A stretch of 64,000 nucleotides of DNA from a virus. The first letter of the stretch is position 1; each line of letters opens with the position of its first letter. The notes beneath the pieces are model-generated. The model was not told the origin of the DNA, searched no databases, and worked only from the letters and a program-made list of their open reading frames with translations. The DNA lies in the IMG/VR virus record IMGVR_UViG_3300029811_000161. One strand, given 5' to 3'. Of the stretch, positions 58,801 to 64,000 are shown one piece after another. The position numbers were made by a program, and so were the translations under genes.

Positions 58801-60324
58801 ATGGCAGCATCGATGGGGGTAACGGCTGGAACAGCAGTCGTTTTCTGGTATCTGTTCGAGTGGTCACCAATTCGATATGGACTTCAAAAAGCAGGTAGAT
58901 TACCATTGCCAATTGCCGATTGGTTTGGCAATGTTAAAAATGATAGCACCTTCACGACCGCGGAGTTCAGAAAGACTACCGACAGTGCAATGTATCAGAA
59001 TCTCATGATTGAGGTCGCTGGAAAGCTCTGCGAATTGGTGGATTATGGAAACAAAAATCCAGTAATCAACGATGATAAATGGCAGGAACTTGTAGATGGA
59101 TGGAATTTTTATTTTGGGATAGGGCAGGGTCCAACCACAACTTCAATGCATGAAGAGATGGTGGATACGCTTGAAACCCACTTGAAAACATATAATGAGT
59201 GGATTACCAATTGTGTAAACGATGGTGAATGCGTAAGTGGCGCCCCTCTATGCATCACCGCTGACATGATCTGGGCTGAGAGGGCAGGAAAGACCTATGC
59301 CTTGTCGTCTGCTGCTGAGTACAAGACAATCCTTGATGCAACATGGGCATGTGTTCCAGAACTGCCGGAGACTGGATCGGTCTTCTGCACAGTGACATCA
59401 TCGATGGGGCACGATGCTATAGTCACCGATGCATACGGTGTCAAGCTTGGCACAATCACGAATGCAAGTGGTTTCTGGGTCACAGGCTTGGCACTTAACA
59501 TAGATCATGTTTTAAAAATCGTTAAAGATGGGAACTATACCGAATGTGCAGAGACGTTTAGGTTTACTGAAGCAGATCCAGAGCAAGCGTTTCCATGTGA
59601 CATAAACTGCACCGATTGGGTTGATACCGTAACCATCGCAACGACGATGGAAGATGGCAGTCCAGCCGTTGATATCCAGCCTGGCGACACGCTCAAGTTC
59701 ATAGGTGCTGCGACAAGCGCAAGAGTAATCACTGATTGGTTGTGGAACTTCAACGATCCGCACTGTCCTACTGCTGACAACACGTCAACTCTTCAGAATC
59801 CGTCTCATCGATACGAGGGAGCCGGTATTTTCCCGGTGACGTTAACGGCTACAAATGTGTGTGGAAACCCGAAAGCGGGTGATGCGGAAGTGTGGGTGGT
59901 GGGTGAAGAACCTGCACCACCGGGAGTAGAATCAGCAACAATCGATGTGCTACTACCGATCGACTCACAAACCGGCAAGACAATTGTGTGGCCAGTCGAA
60001 GTACACATATTTGTCGATAACCAAACAATCGATGAAAAGGCACGGTATGCAATACCGTTTGGTGGATTCGGCGAGTTGCCAGTTAGAGACCCAACTAAGG
60101 TGACGGTTAAGGCAACCGGTTATCAGGACAAATCGGAAACATTTCACTTGTATGATGGATTCAGTGAGACATGGCAGCCGTACATGGACCCGGTAGGATA
60201 CGTGCCGCCGGTTGACAAGTTCGCAATTAATTTCTACATCCCCGATGGTGCATCACTGACAACAACTAAGATCACGACGGTTTCAAGAATCGTAACCGGA
60301 ATGCGAAGGATACAAGGAAGATGA
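55852..60324 (+). CDS. 1490-aa protein with two PKD domains, central helical region and TM segment
   Basis: WDFGDG and WNFND PKD motifs; YVLAYMAASMGVTAGTAVVFWYLF; no signal peptide. Confidence 0.8.
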   Translation: MATCTQYFYAEDDAGNSLPVTIDATISKYTAEGWVPDGVVSISPGGLGSRTLVSGNSYKALPVTIPSGYETPSEQIFTACDRDVKFVYERICPDPTVSITSVSNYNPASGETVNFEGYASGGTGESIKSVRWDFGDGTSSTALNPSKAWTNTTGSPVTYTVTFTATNDCRKSKSSSTTITVASAIVETGFKIQLAPSLSGKQLIVWHAVKFPFIGLVGPDPNLWFSAFGWVRGSWNSPASGTYKVEVGDIRETATPPFDEVHLGTLLDGQLHDGDDCVVLARESPSVMGFGVFKGEDIFKIHSDSVTEINLTTASSDVITEAIMGPTCDFFKIPRGPECEAFWAEFSDHVFVANYISILTTGKDTLGNARTLGFFDHIALPFAMIGVVVPAVPFNRFFSQGLRGLWRGAKPFSDAAVTWMGTVVVNVPESRLAAMGDWNFMQAIVRIDAGGVGGHMDEIMDLVADERFTEALAKLEGYLDTDTPLSYWDWKVFNDALRKAVGDAEFSWLMDTIHATKATADSVLDVAKKSSWSADDIAKINDAATNPNIVKAASDAISNSLRTADEIADPVVRATKLGELENIAESFPQAFDEIAKKPIAEVGALVKRSSCETLGVKTTKANKQLITYCFKKRFDNVLPYSLTKVECDGIIWMVNQDPIAAAKAFDDYTDLADKERLLLSLKQSGTDGRLTASWLSAAKTNIDLDGVYDLYGMNVHEVMNHVSQAGNYALGGIYDNLGVKAMDDAATRIPSFTHVEDVNKFIQEVSDTVRISSVGDNAAKIAQDAIDDNPRSISQIFQNAGVDVIRSDALGNGIYDVSEFIEVLGDHVNSGDVTKIVARIIEDDIVANKIVIRNTINRIVGDGAISDDGLQAIFDIRNQSPEAWKRVMKTIPADVVATLNNIMDSSGKGRAFIQLEDLYNVFRSKMDSAYGATVGEAAARFRYRTAPLALRYDRATGGSGFFNSFARHGGLKGILRSKYVLAYMAASMGVTAGTAVVFWYLFEWSPIRYGLQKAGRLPLPIADWFGNVKNDSTFTTAEFRKTTDSAMYQNLMIEVAGKLCELVDYGNKNPVINDDKWQELVDGWNFYFGIGQGPTTTSMHEEMVDTLETHLKTYNEWITNCVNDGECVSGAPLCITADMIWAERAGKTYALSSAAEYKTILDATWACVPELPETGSVFCTVTSSMGHDAIVTDAYGVKLGTITNASGFWVTGLALNIDHVLKIVKDGNYTECAETFRFTEADPEQAFPCDINCTDWVDTVTIATTMEDGSPAVDIQPGDTLKFIGAATSARVITDWLWNFNDPHCPTADNTSTLQNPSHRYEGAGIFPVTLTATNVCGNPKAGDAEVWVVGEEPAPPGVESATIDVLLPIDSQTGKTIVWPVEVHIFVDNQTIDEKARYAIPFGGFGELPVRDPTKVTVKATGYQDKSETFHLYDGFSETWQPYMDPVGYVPPVDKFAINFYIPDGASLTTTKITTVSRIVTGMRRIQGR

Positions 60325-60722
60325 GCGACGTCATCGGCTTAGGGCTCCACGTATGTTCAAACATCGATGAGAAGTCCCAGGGCATCGATTGCGATAAACC
60401 GTACTACGATCCGAACGAGCTGATCTTCTTACACGTTTCGCTGAAAGGCAGACCTGACGTGAAAGACCGGGTTCTTCGATTGCTTGTGAACGGAGTAGTA
60501 GCAGACAGCATCATCATCGATGAAGTTGTGTTGGATTTCATGCATGTCTGGGTGCTCGATGATAAGTACCTTGGCTTGCTGCGTGTGGAGTACGTTGAGA
60601 ACGGTCTGGCGTACTGGGCACGGACGTTTAGCCGGGGCAGGTGTGTGTTGCCTACCGATGTTAATCGACTGTCTGTAGAGCGGCTTATTTACAATCTCAT
60701 GCGAATGCGGGGGCAGATTTAG
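60321..60722 (+). CDS. Hypothetical protein, last gene of the structural block
   Basis: ATGA overlap with the giant ORF. Confidence 0.65.
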   Translation: MSDVIGLGLHVCSNIDEKSQGIDCDKPYYDPNELIFLHVSLKGRPDVKDRVLRLLVNGVVADSIIIDEVVLDFMHVWVLDDKYLGLLRVEYVENGLAYWARTFSRGRCVLPTDVNRLSVERLIYNLMRMRGQI

Positions 60723-60731
60723 GCTTCAATC

Positions 60732-60956
60732 TTAACTAATCGCAGTATATGGTTGTTTATCGGTAACGAGTTTAGACTTTTTACGCAGGTCGGCGACTTC
60801 TGCTTTGAGATCAGCAAGTTCCGAATTTATACGCCAATCATCAATCCAACAGCTTCCAAGCAGTATAAGTATGGAACCATCGATGTATTCACTTGTAAAA
60901 ACAAAACAAATACCAATGATCATGATACCTACCCCGATTACAAAGTCTATCCACAT
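60732..60956 (-). CDS. Small two-TM protein with coiled-coil tail
   Basis: Hydrophobic N-terminal hairpin. Confidence 0.65.
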   Translation of the reverse strand: MWIDFVIGVGIMIIGICFVFTSEYIDGSILILLGSCWIDDWRINSELADLKAEVADLRKKSKLVTDKQPYTAIS

Positions 60957-61469
60957 TTAATCCTCTTCTTTCCAATCCAAATTCTCAAGAGCGAGGATCA
61001 GAGATTTTCCGCTCATAACAATAAGTTCAGGGTTGTCTGGATTAGGCAAATTGAGGTTTAGACAGACCGCGTAAGAAACGTCGGCATCTATCGTGTGCAC
61101 GTCATCGTGTCGTGCATTAATCTCGTGTTCACTATCGAGTGTGGCGATGATGTTTTGTGCTATTTCGCAGAGCAATTCGTTGACAACATCATCACTAAAT
61201 TCGTTATAGTAAATATATCCATCTGATAGGTGTTCTTCATATTTCTTCAAAATGTCAACAATCGATTTTATGTATCTCTCTCGTTTTTCGGTTGTTGTCA
61301 CTTGAAGCTCAATTCCCATCCGTGGATTGCCGTGCTCATCATCCTCGATGTTTATCTGCATCGATGGGTAGTTGTACTCGTCGATGGCGTTTAACAGATC
61401 ATCAAGGGTGTTCACATCGAAGAACACTGGCTCGAAGCCTTTTTCCATTTTACAGATCATTGCTTTCAT
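60957..61469 (-). CDS. Mosaic hypothetical protein
   Basis: C-terminal 44 aa nearly identical to 63403-63765; N-terminus resembles 61711-61899. Confidence 0.75.
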   Translation of the reverse strand: MKAMICKMEKGFEPVFFDVNTLDDLLNAIDEYNYPSMQINIEDDEHGNPRMGIELQVTTTEKRERYIKSIVDILKKYEEHLSDGYIYYNEFSDDVVNELLCEIAQNIIATLDSEHEINARHDDVHTIDADVSYAVCLNLNLPNPDNPELIVMSGKSLILALENLDWKEED

Positions 61470-61475
61470 TCTTGA

Positions 61476-62645
61476 TCACTTCCATCCTTCATTATATGAC
61501 GATAAAATACCAGCACGTGTATGAAGAACACCTTTTGCATGTCTATCAATCTCGCTTAGAACACTTTCGAGGTGGTTTTCAGCATCATCGAGTCCTTGAA
61601 TATGTATCTTGGCAAGATCGGTTGCATCCTTCGCTTGTCTTACATGGTGTAGTGCATTGTGTAGTATGACGACGGTACTATGTGTAGAAGTGTAGCTCAT
61701 CGTTGATCACCTAATTTGGATAAATCCCGCTGTCCGTGCCGATTTCAATTCCACCGCCTCTTGACATCCGGTGCGTGAATATCGTGACGTAGCCCTTACA
61801 ATCATCATCGATGAAGGCTATCAGTTCTTCGAGCGTGTTGATTGTTATCTCGGCTGGCTCGACTTCCGGTTTGTTGACGTCTTCAAACAGCATTTTCATC
61901 TTGATTAACCTCGCTATGTGGAATCCGGTCGAGCAATATCTTCACGTTGTGCAGTTCATCGATTTGGCGAATGACTGCTTCATTGATCTTCGTACGGTTG
62001 TCCTCGTTACAAAGGATCTCATCGAGGAGGGCGTTGACCTTGTCAAGCACGATCTGCCGGGTGTTGATGTCGTTTATGAATGCGCTGCGCACAGCATCAA
62101 CCAGCGCGTATCTAAACGACGATGTTTCATTCATCAACCGATCGGTGATCAATTCTAAATCTCTGTCGGTGAGGTCTTCCGGTTTGTCTTTTCCAAGTAT
62201 CTTCTTCATTCAAATCACCTTTGAAAGTAATCTGCGTAATTGTGATGGCCATGCGATATAGAACATAAATAGTGCCCATATCAAGAGTGCTATTCTGATG
62301 ACGATGTTGTCAAATATCGCACATCCAATCACAATAGAAATCAAAAACAACATTTCTTCTTTATTCTTTTTAAACATCTTAATCATCCTTTGCAAAAGCT
62401 CGATCACGGGATATACCAACTTGTTTTCTGAGCATACCAAGTGAAATTCCAATCACTTTGAGCGGAACATCATATCCACCAAAGTAAGTTATCCACTTGA
62501 CAACATACTTTCTATTTGGTAAGCGACCTATCATGTATTCATGCCCGGGTTTTCGGATTAGCTCAACATCGTCTGCATCAGGGAAAAACGTCTCTGATAG
62601 ATCATAGTTGAGCACAAGTTCTTTTAGCATTTCAATCACATCCAT
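61476..62645 (-). other. Small ORFs (61476-61700, 61711-61899, 61883-62209, 62210-62452 membrane, 62379-62645)
   Basis: GGTGA SD-coupled run. Confidence 0.65.
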
Positions 62646-63216
62646 CTTTCATAGGCTCAGGGAAGAACGCTGTGTAGTTCCATTCTGTGCTTGACACCAT
62701 CGATGAGTATGCATCGATAAGTTGTGTTCCGAGTGTAAACGGGGTGTGTAAACGACGTCCGTGGTGTTCTCCATATCGATACAGCCGTATGGTCTGCATA
62801 TCTTCACCACGCAGCGTCTGAGCGACATAACAAAAAACATGATCTGGCACGATCTTCTTTACCGCTTCATCGACGCCTGCTGCAATCTTGTCAAGACACT
62901 CTTCACCGATTGATTTAAGATCGCCGTCCGGAGTGAAGCCGTGGTCTTTGTGCCAACCGTAAGCATGTTTGTGCCATGTGTTATCCCGATCTTTGTTGTG
63001 GTATTCTATCGTTGCAATCGGCGACTGTTGGAATGTTGGGAATTCAGCTTCGATCAGCAGGTCGTATATTGCGTTTCGATCGATTGTACCGGCTATGGAT
63101 CGCTCAATCTCAGAAAGGGTTTCATGGACGAGACGTTTCTGTGCCCAGATACCATCCATCGACTCTTCTAAAGACAGATCGTAGTCTTCGAGGTGTAATA
63201 GTTTATGTTGGTTCAT
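62632..63216 (-). CDS. Hypothetical protein
   Basis: GAGG SD supports start MNQHKLL at 63216. Confidence 0.65.
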   Translation of the reverse strand: MNQHKLLHLEDYDLSLEESMDGIWAQKRLVHETLSEIERSIAGTIDRNAIYDLLIEAEFPTFQQSPIATIEYHNKDRDNTWHKHAYGWHKDHGFTPDGDLKSIGEECLDKIAAGVDEAVKKIVPDHVFCYVAQTLRGEDMQTIRLYRYGEHHGRRLHTPFTLGTQLIDAYSSMVSSTEWNYTAFFPEPMKDGCD

Positions 63217-63217
63217 T

Positions 63218-63406
63218 TCAGTATCCTCTATCATACCGCGTAACGACTCGTAGTGCGACTGCTTTACCATCGTTGTTTCGGATAACGTGCAGTTCTTCAA
63301 CGACGTTGTCAATCGCATCCAAGTGTTTGTACTGGTAGTCCATGTCGTGTATGTTGTCCAAAATGGACGAAAGCGCGCTCTTGAGGTGGCTTGTCATTTC
63401 AATCAC
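63218..63406 (-). CDS. Small helical protein
   Basis: Loosely resembles 61476-61700. Confidence 0.55.
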   Translation of the reverse strand: MIEMTSHLKSALSSILDNIHDMDYQYKHLDAIDNVVEELHVIRNNDGKAVALRVVTRYDRGY

Positions 63407-63765
63407 TCATCGGTTTCCTTCCAGTCACACTCTTCGAGAGCAGCGATCAACACTTTTCCGCTCATGACGATAAGTTCTGGGTTGTCTGGATTAGGCAAAT
63501 TGTGGTTTAGACAGACAGTGTAAGACACGTCATCATCGATCGTGTGCATGGAATTATCTATCTCATCGATGATTTCTCCAAGTTTCGTAAGCAAACGCAG
63601 ATCAAAGTCGAGGTTCTCGCAGTGTCCACGTATGACTTTTTTACCCATTTCATCAGAGTATGGAACGCCGTCTACCAAATCAAGCAGATGTTGTTTATGT
63701 GCTTTTACATAGCGATCCATCAACTTGATTTGTTTTTTCATAGCTTCAATCGTTTTCGTATTCAT
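63403..63765 (-). CDS. Mosaic hypothetical protein sharing C-terminal module with 60957-61469
   Basis: HTID.DVSY.VCLN.NLPNPDNPELIVMSGK. Confidence 0.7.
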   Translation of the reverse strand: MNTKTIEAMKKQIKLMDRYVKAHKQHLLDLVDGVPYSDEMGKKVIRGHCENLDFDLRLLTKLGEIIDEIDNSMHTIDDDVSYTVCLNHNLPNPDNPELIVMSGKVLIAALEECDWKETDE

Positions 63766-63766
63766 T

Positions 63767-64000
63767 TCAATCATCTCCTTTTGCTTCGCGTTCTCCGAGT
63801 GTGAGGTACTTGCAGACATGCGCATACTCGTGAACCTTTTTCTCGAACCGGGCGATATCGGCGTCGCAAACCGCTTTATCGCTATCGAGGATACCGTCAT
63901 ACTCGCTGATTGACAGATACAACGATAGCCGGATCATCGATGAGAACTCCATTCGCAGGTGACCACCCGCCGATGCAAGGTATCCTTTGCACCATACCGG
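63767..64000 (-). CDS. 3' part of a paralog of 14650-15414, running off the window
   Basis: PVWCKGYLASAGGHLRMEFSSMIRLSLYLSISEYD aligns with PKWCKSYIGMVGGRLRMDFSSVLRLAMYLSISKYD. Confidence 0.85.
   Translation of the reverse strand, partial: PVWCKGYLASAGGHLRMEFSSMIRLSLYLSISEYDGILDSDKAVCDADIARFEKKVHEYAHVCKYLTLGEREAKGDD

Larger units (their letters stand above)
60972..63548. repeat. Dispersed ~128-bp direct repeat (60972-61099 and 63421-63548)
   Basis: Shared GGTTGTCTGGATTAGGCAAATTG core; 37/44 identical residues. Confidence 0.85.
504..63942. repeat. Dispersed highly iterated palindrome CATCGATG (about 80 copies)
   Basis: Manual count, e.g. 504, 729, 1290, 11377, 11399, 16207, 23477, 23612, 41516, 41546, 41802, 63935. 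Confidence 0.95.
1..64000. mobile_element. Segment of a large archaeal virus/plasmid-like element; both ends lie outside the window
   Basis: Dense short ORFs, phage-type recombination/replication genes, T4SS-like operon, virion-like block, no housekeeping genes; GGAGGTGA/GGTGA SD motifs and TTTA(A/T)(A/G)TA boxes. Confidence 0.9.

Noticed and set aside
34527-60722. Head-tail (HK97) virus interpretation
   Set aside because: No terminase, portal, HK97 capsid or tail tube motifs recognised; the giant protein has PKD domains unlike a plain tape measure.
60972-63548. Repeat pair as DGR template/variable repeats
   Set aside because: Differences are not confined to adenines and no reverse transcriptase is present in the window.
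1-64000. tRNA genes, att sites, integrase, IS elements
   Set aside because: No cloverleaf/T-loop consensus, tyrosine or serine recombinase motif or transposase was recognised by eye; tRNAscan and HMM searches would be needed to exclude them fully.

Overview
This window looks like an internal ~64 kb segment of a large archaeal mobile element, probably a virus or virus-plasmid hybrid. The host is inferred to be of the Methanosarcinales/ANME type from the archaeal GGAGGTGA ribosome-binding sites, TATA promoters, PEGA/PKD/dockerin-like domains and ERCC4/AEP enzymes. No host housekeeping genes, rRNA, tRNA, CRISPR array, integrase, terminase or portal were recognised. Layout: (1) a conjugation-like membrane operon with VirB2/VirB6/VirB3/VirB4-like genes and DUF2227 (3.7-10.2 kb); (2) early blocks of small ORFs with SLOG, SWIM-RecT/Bet, Gam-like, AEP primase, degenerate SF2 helicase, minimal PolX and ERCC4 genes (11.4-34 kb); (3) a putative virion block with jelly-roll-like capsid candidates, beta-helix spikes, a holin-like peptide, four protease-like genes and a 1490-aa PKD protein (34.5-60.7 kb), interrupted by an inverted glycan-modification operon; (4) a convergent block with paralogs and shuffled domains (60.7-64 kb). 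The clearest sequence-level anomalies are about 80 copies of the palindrome CATCGATG (about 1 expected), a repeated covarying stem-loop with a conserved 20-nt loop at 22.25-22.54 kb, and SD-aligned ATC codons at the start of both capsid candidates. All protein calls rest on motifs read by eye; no database searches were run.
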